64,000 nucleotides of DNA from an uncultured Clostridia bacterium. GTDB taxonomy: Bacteria; Bacillota; Clostridia; TANB77; CAG-508. A model generated the notes under the pieces. The model did not search any database. It was not told the DNA's origin and was given only the letters and a program-made list of their open reading frames with translations. The stretch covers positions 2,387 to 66,386 of the forward strand of contig CALXMM010000008.1 of assembly GCA_944389475.1 (NCBI GenBank), read 5' to 3'. Every line of letters starts with the position of its first letter. The stretch's first letter is position 1. Positions 1 through 9,141 of this stretch are shown here, one piece after another. Both the position numbers and the translations under genes were made by a program.

Positions 1-600
1 TCTTTTAGTTACAATTATAACTGGTCTATTGGTTAATGGGTCCTTTAACATATTTCCTGTATCTAATAATGCTCTTGCCTTTATACTTTTGCCATATATA
101 AAAATATTTATGTCATAAAATATATCTTTTTTTGATATTTTTGTTTTAAAGTTTTTTATAGTAAACACAATTAACGTTATCCCTATAATAAGACCTATGC
201 CCGACATCAAAATAGGAAAATTTATAATAGGTATTCCATTTATTGTTTTTAAAGTATATCCTTGAGTTAAATATGATACCGCTATGGCTGCCCCTCCTGA
301 AGTTATTGATAGCATATAAAAAAGTGCTATATTTTCAATTATTTTTTTCATTTCCATTGTTTGAGATATGATTATAATCATTAATATTGATAATAATATT
401 TTAAAAAAGATATTATTAATATAAATATTTTTTGTTGTAATAGATATGATTGCATAAACACTTCCTATAATACTTGATATCAAAATTCTAAAATATGATT
501 TTTTTATCTTTTTAATTAATACTGTTACATATAAAATCACATAATTTATAATTAAATTTTCAAAAAATACTATATCAGCATATACAATCAACAACTCCAC
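1..600 (-). CDS. spoIIGA: Sigma-E processing peptidase SpoIIGA (3' end beyond window; start GTG 600 or TTG 594/591)
   Basis: Not in the ORF track because it runs off the left edge. The minus-strand frame ending at base 1 reads VELLIVYADIVFFENLIINYVILYVTVLIKK... (multi-TM N-terminus), then ...GKSIKARALLDTGNMLKDPLTNRPVIIV, carrying the DTGN aspartic-protease motif of SpoIIGA. It lies directly downstream of ftsA-ftsZ, as in Bacillus and Clostridium. GAGGTGGAG RBS at 603-595. Confidence 0.8.
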   Translation of the reverse strand, partial: MELLIVYADIVFFENLIINYVILYVTVLIKKIKKSYFRILISSIIGSVYAIISITTKNIYINNIFFKILLSILMIIIISQTMEMKKIIENIALFYMLSITSGGAAIAVSYLTQGYTLKTINGIPIINFPILMSGIGLIIGITLIVFTIKNFKTKISKKDIFYDINIFIYGKSIKARALLDTGNMLKDPLTNRPVIIVTKR

Positions 601-613
601 CTCTTAGAACAAT

Positions 614-646
614 ATTTTATTACTTTTATTTTTAAAAGTGTGTCAA
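614..646 (-). promoter_or_regulatory. Candidate spoIIGA promoter
   Basis: Minus strand: TTGACA (646-641), then TAAAAT (619-614) after a 21-nt spacer, or TAATAA (622-617) after 18 nt. It sits between the ftsZ terminator and the spoIIGA RBS. Confidence 0.3.
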
Positions 647-658
647 TTCTTAGGGCAG

Positions 659-694
659 AAAAAAAGAAATAATCTACTTCATTCGATTATTTCT
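659..694 (-). terminator. Intrinsic terminator after ftsZ
   Basis: Minus strand: agaaataatc-gaatgaagta-gattatttct, followed by ttttttc. Confidence 0.6.
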
Positions 695-728
695 TTTTAT
701 AAATTATTTTATTTTGACATAGATTTAT

Positions 729-1829
729 TTATTTTTGTTTTCTTCTTAAGAAAGATGGTATATCTAAATCATTTGAATTTGAACCACTATCAGAGCTTGT
801 TGGAATTGAATTTACTTTTTTATCCCAAGCTTTAGACACTAAATTATCTACATTATTAGAATTCTTATCTTTTTCGAATTCTGTAGCTATAACTGTAATT
901 GTAATCTCATCTTTCATGTCAGGATCTATTACTGCACCAAATATAATATTAGCCTCTGGGTCAACACTTCTTTGTACTAATTCAGCTGCTGTATTAACTT
1001 CATGTAATCCTAAATCTGGTCCACCAGTAATATTTATAATAACTCCTCTTGCACCTTCTATTGATGTCTCTAACAATGGACTTTCTGTTGCTTGTTTTGC
1101 GGCATCTTCTGCTCTATTTTCTCCAGATGCTCTACCTATACCCATATGTGCCATACCTGTATTTAGCATAATTGTTTTTACATCCGCAAAATCAAGATTA
1201 ACAAGACCAGGAACAGCAATCAAGTCTGAAATACCTTGAACACCTTGTCTTAATATTTCATCTGCCATTCTAAAAGCTTCTACTATAGATGTTTTTCTAT
1301 CAATTATTTGCAACAATTTGTCATTAGGAATTACTACTAATGTATCTACTTTGCTTTTTAAACTTTCTATTCCTCTATCTGCTTGAGATAATCTTTTCTT
1401 TCCTTCAAATGTAAATGGTTTTGTAACAACACCAATCGTTAAAATCCCCATTTCTTTAGCTATGCCTGCAACTATAGGGGCTGCACCAGTTCCTGTTCCA
1501 CCACCCATTCCAGCAGTAACGAATACCATATCAGCACCTCTTAAAGCTTCTGATATTTCTGACTTACTTTCTTCTGCAGATTGTGCACCAATATCTGGAT
1601 TTGCACCAGCACCTAATCCTCTTGTTATTTTTTCTCCTATTTGAATTTTAGTTCCTGCTTTTGACATTTGAAGAGCTTGTCTATCTGTGTTTACAGCTAT
1701 AAATTCTACTCCTCTTATCCCACAGTCAACCATTCTATTTACAGCATTATTTCCAGCTCCACCTACACCTATTACTTTAATAGTAGCTGTTCCATCTAAC
1801 ATTTTTTCATTTTCATCAAAGTCCATCAT
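729..1829 (-). CDS. ftsZ: Cell division GTPase FtsZ
   Basis: [17 protein letters not shown] and [12 protein letters not shown] tubulin signature. Start moved to ATG 1829, which follows GGGAGG; the ORF-track TTG start overlaps that RBS. Confidence 0.97.
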   Translation of the reverse strand: MMDFDENEKMLDGTATIKVIGVGGAGNNAVNRMVDCGIRGVEFIAVNTDRQALQMSKAGTKIQIGEKITRGLGAGANPDIGAQSAEESKSEISEALRGADMVFVTAGMGGGTGTGAAPIVAGIAKEMGILTIGVVTKPFTFEGKKRLSQADRGIESLKSKVDTLVVIPNDKLLQIIDRKTSIVEAFRMADEILRQGVQGISDLIAVPGLVNLDFADVKTIMLNTGMAHMGIGRASGENRAEDAAKQATESPLLETSIEGARGVIINITGGPDLGLHEVNTAAELVQRSVDPEANIIFGAVIDPDMKDEITITVIATEFEKDKNSNNVDNLVSKAWDKKVNSIPTSSDSGSNSNDLDIPSFLRRKQK

Positions 1830-1878
1830 AAGGTTCTTTCCTCCCAATCTATTTATTTTTTATTTATTAACTCTTTTA

Positions 1879-3108
1879 TTAAGAATAGAAAAATTCCTTT
1901 ATTCTTTCTAATAAGGTTTTAAAAAATCCTTCTTCTGATTTTGTATCTATACTACTAGAAACCGTTTTTGTAAAAGGTCTTGATGCTATATATCTAACTA
2001 AAGCATATGCTACTCTAAATGTTGGTTTTACAGTACCAATTAATCGACCTGTTGCTATTTTTACAGGTATATTTAAATTAATCTTTCCTGCAACATCACA
2101 TTTATTGATATTAATAATTCCTTGACCTGTTAAAATAACATTATTGATTCTTGATTTTATACCTTGATTAGTTATATCTTTGTTTACTAAAGAAAAAATT
2201 TCCTCAATTCTTGCTTCTATTATTTCGATAAGTTCAGAGCTTTTAATTGTTTTATTCCTATTTTCACCTTTAAAAGTATTTAATAATATATCATTATCAT
2301 TATCTATAAAAGATTTTAAAGCTAACCCATATTGTTTCTTTAATTTGTCAGCTTCTTCTTCTGATATGTTTAAAACTAATGCTATATCATTTGTTATGCT
2401 ATTACCACCAAGTGGAATTGTATTAGTATATACATATGAAGAACCTTCAAAGACACCAATGTCTGTATTACCAGCTCCCATATCTAATATCATTACATTA
2501 TCATGTAATTCATTATTATCTAAGACTAAATTCCTTTGTGCTAATGTTGTTGGCACTAAACCATCTACATCAATCCCTGCTTTTTTGAATATAGATGAAA
2601 TTTGCCTTACATATTCTTTATCAGCTAATATTATTTGAGCTTTTAGTGTAAAACTAGAACTTAAACTTCCTACCGGATCTTCTGTCACTTTTCCAGTATC
2701 CAAAATAAATTTATCTGGTACTATATCTATTGACACTTTTCCTTCTGGAATGTCTACATCCTTTACTTGCATTATTGCTGTTTGTACATCCCTTAATGAT
2801 ATTCCAGAATATTTGTCCCTTGCTTCCTTTGTTATACTATTTTGTACTATAGTTACATACTTTCCTGGAATTGTAACATATGCAGAATTTACTCTTAATC
2901 CTGATTCATCTTCTATTTTGTCTATTACTTTTATTAAGCTATTTGAAACATCCTCTTCATTTATTATTTTTGTTTTCTTTATTCCTGAGCATTTAACTGA
3001 ACTACTACAAATAATCTCTATTTGATTAAAATTATTTACTTCGCCCACAACTGCTGCAATTTTAGAAGTTCCAATATCTATTCCAACGATTATATCTCCT
3101 ATTGCCAA
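1879..3108 (-). CDS. ftsA: Cell division protein FtsA (actin-like ATPase)
   Basis: IVGIDIGTSKI and DMGAGNTDIGVF actin-fold motifs. TTG start after GGAGGAG. Immediately upstream of ftsZ. Confidence 0.95.
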   Translation of the reverse strand: MAIGDIIVGIDIGTSKIAAVVGEVNNFNQIEIICSSSVKCSGIKKTKIINEEDVSNSLIKVIDKIEDESGLRVNSAYVTIPGKYVTIVQNSITKEARDKYSGISLRDVQTAIMQVKDVDIPEGKVSIDIVPDKFILDTGKVTEDPVGSLSSSFTLKAQIILADKEYVRQISSIFKKAGIDVDGLVPTTLAQRNLVLDNNELHDNVMILDMGAGNTDIGVFEGSSYVYTNTIPLGGNSITNDIALVLNISEEEADKLKKQYGLALKSFIDNDNDILLNTFKGENRNKTIKSSELIEIIEARIEEIFSLVNKDITNQGIKSRINNVILTGQGIININKCDVAGKINLNIPVKIATGRLIGTVKPTFRVAYALVRYIASRPFTKTVSSSIDTKSEEGFFKTLLERIKEFFYS

Positions 3109-3232
3109 GTTAGGTCTCCTCCAATTTATTTATCTCTTTCAACTAGTGATAGAATATTATATTTTAAATAAAATGTCAATAGTTGTTGTTATATTTTTGT
3201 AATCTTTTTGTAATAATGGTGTAATAATTTTT

Positions 3233-3249
3233 TTTGACATTTTTCGCCA
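3233..3249 (-). promoter_or_regulatory. Two tandem Spo0A-box-like heptamers, TGGCGAA-aaa-TGTCAAA (minus strand)
   Basis: Plus strand: tttgaca at 3233-3239 and ttcgcca at 3243-3249. On the gene strand they are head-to-tail with a 10-bp period, ~125-140 nt upstream of the ftsA start. The first box fits TGNCGAA; the second has one mismatch. Confidence 0.4.
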
Positions 3250-3262
3250 TAAAATATTAATA

Positions 3263-3282
3263 AAAAGGACTAATGTCCTTTT
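3263..3282 (-). terminator. Hairpin terminator after sbp
   Basis: aaaaggac-taat-gtcctttt, flanked by A/T runs on both sides. Confidence 0.55.
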
Positions 3283-3339
3283 ATTAATATTCTATTTATT
3301 TTTAACTTATCCTTCTTATATTTTGCGCTTTTTGATAAT

Positions 3340-3723
3340 TTATACTTTTTTTACTTCTTTTTCATCCTTCTTCTTTTTCATCCAATTAGTCCATTTTTCT
3401 ATATAATATCTACGTATTATTGCTAAATCAATAAATATTCTACCAACAAATACCACAATAGCAGCTAATGCAATATCTACATTTAATTTATTTCCTAAAT
3501 AAGTTAATAAAACTGCTGTAATGGCATTAATAAAAAATCCTGAAACAAAAATTCCCATATCAAAATTTTTCTGCACAACAGACTTTATTCCACCAAATAC
3601 AGAATCTAGTGCAGCCATTATTCCTATTGCTAAATAACCAGATATTGAATATGGTATTAAAGGTGAATTAAATCCTAAAATTGCACCTATTATACATCCA
3701 ATTAATATTGCTATAAAAACCAA
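3340..3723 (-). CDS. sbp: Small basic protein Sbp (DUF1290-like membrane protein)
   Basis: 127 aa, hydrophobic core with a K-rich tail. It sits between the DUF881 pair and ftsA, as in B. subtilis ylxW-ylxX-sbp-ftsA. Confidence 0.7.
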   Translation of the reverse strand: MVFIAILIGCIIGAILGFNSPLIPYSISGYLAIGIMAALDSVFGGIKSVVQKNFDMGIFVSGFFINAITAVLLTYLGNKLNVDIALAAIVVFVGRIFIDLAIIRRYYIEKWTNWMKKKKDEKEVKKV

Positions 3724-3739
3724 TTTTATACCCCCTATT

Positions 3740-4453
3740 TTAATTTATACTAATATCATTATTTACTTCAAAATCTTTATCATATTTTAAAATTTTAATA
3801 TCATTATTTTCTGTGATTGAAATATTTTTTCCTTTTGAAGTCATATCATCAGAAAATCCACCTTTAGCGGTTATACCACTCTCTAAATATTTTTGATTTC
3901 CTATTACTTGAATTGTATATGGTGAAGATAATCTTGTACCATTAACAACAATATATGAATCCACATCTGCAAATTCTGTTAAGTTTGTTACTCTTTGACC
4001 ATTTACAGATATAGCCTCTGCTTCTGCAGTTTTTAATTCATTCATTAAATTGATTAAATCTTCTGCAACTATATTAGAAGACCCATCTGACAATTCTATA
4101 ATAATTCCCTGTCCATGTACATCTGTCTTTCCTAAATATAATTCAGCTTGTTGCAATTCTTTATCCACTAATTCTGATGAAGCTTGCGTATCATTAATTT
4201 TATTTTTATATTCATCTAAATTAGCTTGTGCTTGAGCCAATTGGTTTGATGTATCTTCGTATTTGCTTTGCCAACTTTCTAACTCTTCTCTAAGTTCACT
4301 TTCTCTTTTAGTAGTTAAAGAAGTTATATCTGTTTCACTAACGACTTTGAATTGCATAAACATTACATATACTAAGATAAAACACATTACACCAATTATA
4401 ACTGTCATAGTAATTTTGCCTTTTTTTATTTCTTTTTTCAAGATTATTTTCAC
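3740..4453 (-). CDS. DUF881 family membrane protein (YlxW/YlxX-like)
   Basis: N-terminal TM, coiled coil, C-terminal ISVNGQRV...VIGN region. Paralogous to the neighbouring ORF; synteny with divIB-ylxW-ylxX. Confidence 0.7.
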   Translation of the reverse strand: MKIILKKEIKKGKITMTVIIGVMCFILVYVMFMQFKVVSETDITSLTTKRESELREELESWQSKYEDTSNQLAQAQANLDEYKNKINDTQASSELVDKELQQAELYLGKTDVHGQGIIIELSDGSSNIVAEDLINLMNELKTAEAEAISVNGQRVTNLTEFADVDSYIVVNGTRLSSPYTIQVIGNQKYLESGITAKGGFSDDMTSKGKNISITENNDIKILKYDKDFEVNNDISIN

Positions 4454-4456
4454 CTC

Positions 4457-5197
4457 CTATTTAGCTTCTTGTGCATATTTATAATTTATAACCCCATTGT
4501 ATTTTTCTACAGTCACATTATTTTGTATCTTAACAGAAATATCTATTCCATAATCATCCCTTAACCAATCGATATAACCTCCTGGTCTTTCCAATGTTTC
4601 AAAACTTCCTCCTACCGCTTTTATTACAAAAGGAGTTCCTACAATTTCTCCATTTACTCTGGTAATATTTCCAGCACAATTTATTGATGTAGTTGGTATT
4701 ATTCTTTGACCATTTATCGAAATAGCTATTGCTCCAGCATTTTTTAATTCATTTATAATCTTTAGTAAATCAATTTCATGAACTAAATAATTGCTAATAT
4801 CATCCCCTGCTTTCATTGAAGAAACACTTGCATTTTGGTTATCCCTTAAAGTTATTACAACTCCGCTACCTGTTACCTCATTCAAACCTAATATTGCATT
4901 ATCATTTTTTAATTGTTCCTCTTTTTCTGCTACAGTCCCATCATTTTCAGAGGCTTTAGATCTGTAACTTTCTAATTCCTTATTAACTTTTTCCAATTGT
5001 GCAAATGCATTGTCATATTTTTCTTTTGTTTTTAATACTTCATCTCTTAAATTGTTATCCGCATAATTTGGATTAGAAATACTAATATTATTTTGTACAG
5101 TTCTTATTTGCAATGTAATTCCAAAGGTTAATAATATACATAATATACCTATTACTATACTTATACTAATGGTCTTTTTGTTACCTTTAATCTTCAA
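4457..5197 (-). CDS. DUF881 family membrane protein (YlxW/YlxX-like)
   Basis: Same architecture as 3740..4453 (ISINGQRI...AVGG). Confidence 0.7.
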   Translation of the reverse strand: MKIKGNKKTISISIVIGILCILLTFGITLQIRTVQNNISISNPNYADNNLRDEVLKTKEKYDNAFAQLEKVNKELESYRSKASENDGTVAEKEEQLKNDNAILGLNEVTGSGVVITLRDNQNASVSSMKAGDDISNYLVHEIDLLKIINELKNAGAIAISINGQRIIPTTSINCAGNITRVNGEIVGTPFVIKAVGGSFETLERPGGYIDWLRDDYGIDISVKIQNNVTVEKYNGVINYKYAQEAK

Positions 5198-5209
5198 AAA
5201 TAACCCTCC

Positions 5210-6337
5210 TTATACTTTTTCTCTAAAAAATATTTTATTTAAATCATTTAAAAATACTTCTCCATTTTTTCCTTCTTCGCGGTTAAGTATCTCTTTTAAA
5301 ATTAACATTTTATCATTCATACTTGTATCATCACCTAAATAAGCTGTTTTCCCTTTTGAAGGCATTTCAATTGTATAATTTTTATCATTTGAAATATTTA
5401 TGTATGTAATTATATCATAAATTCCATTACTTTGTGCAGTTCTTAATATTTTTTCAACTGTAAGTAATTTATTACAATCCTCATCTGTTAATTTATTTCC
5501 TGCTTTTATATTATCTTGAGCAGTTGAATACCCACGTATTATAGGTAAATTGGCTTTTTCATTTGATATTTCTAGCATATTTCCATTTGTATCGATGTAC
5601 ACAAAAGCATTCCCATACTCTAATTGATATTTAGGAACTCTCTCAGTTACTATTATCTCAACAGTATTTGGAAGTTTCCTTTTTATCTCTGCTGAATCAA
5701 TATATGCATTCTCCTTTAAATTTTCTTTTATTTTTTTAGATGAAAATTTAAAAATATTTTCTTCTAAATTTAGTCTAGATAAACTCTTTATTTCCTCTGT
5801 GTTAATTTTATTATTCCCCTGAACATCTATATTTTTTATATTAAATATTGGTGAAATAAATAAAAACAAAATAACACCTACTATTACTGCAATTAGTAAT
5901 AATATCTTTAAAATTAATTTTACTACTCTAAATTGTTTTTCCCTTTTTTTTCTTCTCTTTTTCTCTTCTTCATAAGGAATTCTTTTTACATTTTTCTTTT
6001 GGGCTTGTCCTCTTTTTCTATTTAAATTACTATCTGTAACATCAAACTTATTTTTTGCATCATACTCCGGTTTCCTGTTTTCTATTTTTCTCTGTTTCTT
6101 TTTGCTTTTCTTTTTGCTTTTCTTTTTGCCATTTTCTTTCTGGTTTTTGTCCGGCAAAACTGTTACTCCAATAACAATTTCATTATCTAAATTAAACATA
6201 TCATCATTCATTGGCTCCGGATTTACTTTTTTTAATTTCTTTTTAGGGTGCTTTTTTTTATTTCGCACCCTTTTATTTTTATCATTATCTTTACTTAAAT
6301 AATAGAAGTCTAATTTATTATTTTTTTTCTTTTTCAT
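5210..6337 (-). CDS. ftsQ: Cell division protein FtsQ/DivIB with a long Lys-rich N-terminal extension
   Basis: Single TM (LLLIAVIVGVILFLF) followed by POTRA-like FNIKNIDVQGN...I. Lies between murA and the DUF881 genes. Start set to ATG 6337, which follows GGTGA. Confidence 0.8.
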   Translation of the reverse strand: MKKKKNNKLDFYYLSKDNDKNKRVRNKKKHPKKKLKKVNPEPMNDDMFNLDNEIVIGVTVLPDKNQKENGKKKSKKKSKKKQRKIENRKPEYDAKNKFDVTDSNLNRKRGQAQKKNVKRIPYEEEKKRRKKREKQFRVVKLILKILLLIAVIVGVILFLFISPIFNIKNIDVQGNNKINTEEIKSLSRLNLEENIFKFSSKKIKENLKENAYIDSAEIKRKLPNTVEIIVTERVPKYQLEYGNAFVYIDTNGNMLEISNEKANLPIIRGYSTAQDNIKAGNKLTDEDCNKLLTVEKILRTAQSNGIYDIITYINISNDKNYTIEMPSKGKTAYLGDDTSMNDKMLILKEILNREEGKNGEVFLNDLNKIFFREKV

Positions 6338-6338
6338 C

Positions 6339-7265
6339 TTATTCACCTTCTCTTAAGTAGATATTTGCTCCTAATTTTCTTAATTTTTCATCTATATTTT
6401 CATAACCACGTAAAATATACCCTATATTTGAAATAACCGTTTTTCCATTTGCATTTAAACCAGCCAATATTAATGCCGCTCCTCCTCTTAAATCCGTAGC
6501 TTCTACTTTTGCACAATCATATCTTTTTATTCCTTTTATAATTGCTGTCCTACCTTCTATAGCAATTTTTGCTCCCATTCGTTTTAATTCTGACAAATAT
6601 TTATATCTATTTTCAAAAATATTTTCAACTATTATTGAGGTTCCCTTTGCAACACCTAAAGTACTTGCAATTATAGGTTGCATATCTGTTGGAAATCCTG
6701 GATAAGGCATAGTCTTAATATTGCAAGCCTTTAATCTATCTTTTGAAATCAATCCAATTTCTTTTTCCTTTAATGTTATCTCACACCCCATTTCTTCCAA
6801 CTTGTAAACAATTGGAAGAATATGTTCTATCCTAACATTTTTTATATTTATATTTCCTTTGGTTATAGCTGCAGCACACAATAAAGTACCAATTTCTATT
6901 CTATCCGGCATTATTTCATATTCTATTTTGGTTTCTAACTTTTCTACTCCAATTATCTTTATATCTTTCGTACCTGCACCAGAAATTTTTCCCCCCATCT
7001 TATTTATAAAATTTTGTAAATCTACAATTTCTGGCTCCATGGCAGCATTTTTAATATATACAACATTATTTGACAATGTCGCAGCTAAAATTATATTTTC
7101 AGTTGCTCCTACACTAGGAAAATCTAGTGTAATTATTCCATCTGTCATATTTTTTGAATCACAATATATCTCTCCATTTTCTTCTTTAATACTAATTCCT
7201 AAATTTCTAAAAGCTTTTAAATGTAAATCAATTGGTCTCGCTCCAATATCACAACCTCCTGGATA
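6339..7265 (-). pseudogene. murA: murA 3' segment (codons from the PGGC loop to the stop) of a split gene
   Basis: The frame is open from 7265: YPGGCDIGARPIDLHLKAFRNLG...LREGE*. UDP-GlcNAc 1-carboxyvinyltransferase C-terminal two-thirds. Confidence 0.9.
7246..7265. repeat. Left copy of the 20-bp direct repeat atatcacaacctcctggata (attL core)
   Basis: Identical to 10408-10427. Confidence 0.95.
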
Positions 7266-7272
7266 AGAAAAT

Positions 7273-8874
7273 TTATGGATACATAAAATTCAAACTAAAT
7301 ACTAAACCACCGTTTTTTTCCAACTTATTATACATCATATCGTTCAAGTTATACAAGTTTTTTTCTTCTTTTGTTATTTCATTTTTATCATATACAACAA
7401 TTTTATCAAATAATAAATACAATTCTTCCCTTTTTAGTCCTTTATTTTTTATGTCTTCTATTGCTTTAAAAACTAGTTCTTCCTTATCTTTTATACTAAT
7501 CATATTTATCTTATCTTTTATTCTTTGTAGTTTTTTTCCCTCGGAATTTATTTTAGCATCTAGCTCTTGTTTTTTTTCATTAAATATATATATTGGTATT
7601 ACATTATTTAATTTATCATTATATATTTGTTTATATTGATTATATAATTTTTTTAAAACTTGTTTTGATGTTGTTAAGTTTTGCTCTAATACAACTTTAT
7701 CATGATTAAAAACTTTTACATTCTCTATTATATACTTTTGCAATTCCTCATTACTTAAAATTTTGCAAATATAGTTCTTTAGGATTTCATCTAAATATTC
7801 TTCTCTAATTCTATGAGATTTGCATCCTCTATTCTTTTTTACCAATCCTTCAACACAGTATGTTTTACAAATGTAACAATCCGGTCTCTTTTTTGATTGC
7901 CCGGATCCTTTTTTTCTATACATTTGGCTCTTGCATCTCCCACAATACAAAAGTCCAAAATATAAGTTGTTTTTTGAATTCATTAATTTAATATTATCCC
8001 TATGATATTTTTCTTTTATTTCCATTCTAATTCTTTGAACCTTTTCAAACAAATCTTCATTAATAATAGCATCATGATGATTTTTTATTATAATCCATTC
8101 TTCTTTAGGTTTTCTTTTTATTTTTTTCGATTTGAAACTAATCTTTTCGGTCTTTCCTCCAACATAATCGCCTATATATCTTCTATCATCTAAAATTCTA
8201 TTAATGTTTTGAATTGTCCATTTTGTACTTTGTTTAGCATTAGAAAAATTCCTAGACTGTGATGGAGTTGGTACTTTTTTATTATTCAAAAATGATGCAA
8301 TTTTTTTACTATTCCATCCTTTTGCAAATAATTCAAAAATTTCTTTTACAATTGGTGCAGTTGTTTCATTAATAATTAATTTTTTTCCCTCTTTATTATA
8401 TCCATATATAGCTTTAATAAGTAGTTCTCCTTCTTCAATTTTATGTCTTAAATTTCTTCTTATATTTTTGCTGTCATCCCTTGCCCTTCTTTCATTAAAC
8501 CATGCATATAAACCAAACATCTCTTCATTATATTGCTCATCCTCAAATATTATTTCAACTCCCTGTTCCTCTATGAATTCTACAAAATCTAATGCTTCCT
8601 TTTGATTTCTTCCAAGCCTAGCAGAATTTTTAAACACTATTACATCTATTTCTTTCATTTTTGCTCTATCTCTAATATCATTAAATCGACTAAAGTCTGT
8701 TCCACTTTTGTCATCATCCATAATAATATCTACAATATTTGAATAGCCTTGCCTTTTACAAAACTTTAAAAGCAAATCCCTTTGCGTTTCTATTCTTTCA
8801 TAATTTTCTCCATAATCATCCCTGCTCTCTCTACAATAAATTACAACTCGCTTTTCCTCTTTGGATTTTTCCAT
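7273..8874 (-). CDS. Large serine recombinase
   Basis: N-terminal resolvase domain VVIYCRESRDD (catalytic Ser), recombinase domain, Zn ribbon CGRCKSQM...CYICKTY, C-terminal coiled coil. ATG 8874 follows GGAG. The stop codon is 7 nt from the repeat. Confidence 0.9.
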   Translation of the reverse strand: MEKSKEEKRVVIYCRESRDDYGENYERIETQRDLLLKFCKRQGYSNIVDIIMDDDKSGTDFSRFNDIRDRAKMKEIDVIVFKNSARLGRNQKEALDFVEFIEEQGVEIIFEDEQYNEEMFGLYAWFNERRARDDSKNIRRNLRHKIEEGELLIKAIYGYNKEGKKLIINETTAPIVKEIFELFAKGWNSKKIASFLNNKKVPTPSQSRNFSNAKQSTKWTIQNINRILDDRRYIGDYVGGKTEKISFKSKKIKRKPKEEWIIIKNHHDAIINEDLFEKVQRIRMEIKEKYHRDNIKLMNSKNNLYFGLLYCGRCKSQMYRKKGSGQSKKRPDCYICKTYCVEGLVKKNRGCKSHRIREEYLDEILKNYICKILSNEELQKYIIENVKVFNHDKVVLEQNLTTSKQVLKKLYNQYKQIYNDKLNNVIPIYIFNEKKQELDAKINSEGKKLQRIKDKINMISIKDKEELVFKAIEDIKNKGLKREELYLLFDKIVVYDKNEITKEEKNLYNLNDMMYNKLEKNGGLVFSLNFMYP

Positions 8875-8901
8875 GCCCACACTCCTTTTTATTTTAACTA
8901 C

Positions 8902-9036
8902 CTAATTCAAATATTCTTTTATTCTATCTTCAATAATATTTGTAAGTATCTGTTTATAATCAATTGCTTTATTTTTTTTATTACACACAAAAAAAGCTAA
9001 TGGTAATTTTGTCTTCTTTTTATTTTGTTTTTCCAA
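8902..9036 (-). CDS. Hypothetical 44-aa protein (TTG start) upstream of the recombinase
   Basis: AAGGTGA, 6 nt, then TTG. Translates to MEKQNKKKTKLPLAFFVCNKKNKAIDYKQILTNIIEDRIKEYLN*. Below the ORF-track size cutoff. Confidence 0.3.
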   Translation of the reverse strand: MEKQNKKKTKLPLAFFVCNKKNKAIDYKQILTNIIEDRIKEYLN

Positions 9037-9109
9037 ACTATTCACCTTCTTTACTCTTAAAACATATTAAAGAATAGCTTGGACATATTCTACAAATAAG
9101 CATAAAATT

Positions 9110-9133
9110 AGCCCTAAAATAAATTTTAGGGCT
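9110..9133 (-). terminator. Hairpin terminator after the LPXTG gene
   Basis: Minus strand: agccctaaaa-ttta-ttttagggct, followed by aattttatg. Confidence 0.6.
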
Positions 9134-9141
9134 TTACTTTT

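Noticed and set aside
916-3025. Plus-strand ORFs 916..1239, 1462..1644, 1687..1911, 2180..2638 and 2750..3025, and the many similar ones across the window (e.g. 4050..4484, 6102..6302, 6859..7639, 29071..29866, 40095..40598, 52405..52833)
   Set aside because: They lie antisense to strongly conserved minus-strand genes (ftsZ, ftsA, fusA, topA, mraZ and others). Their translations are low-complexity (S/I/L/F/P-rich) and they have no RBS. These are shadow ORFs typical of AT-rich DNA.
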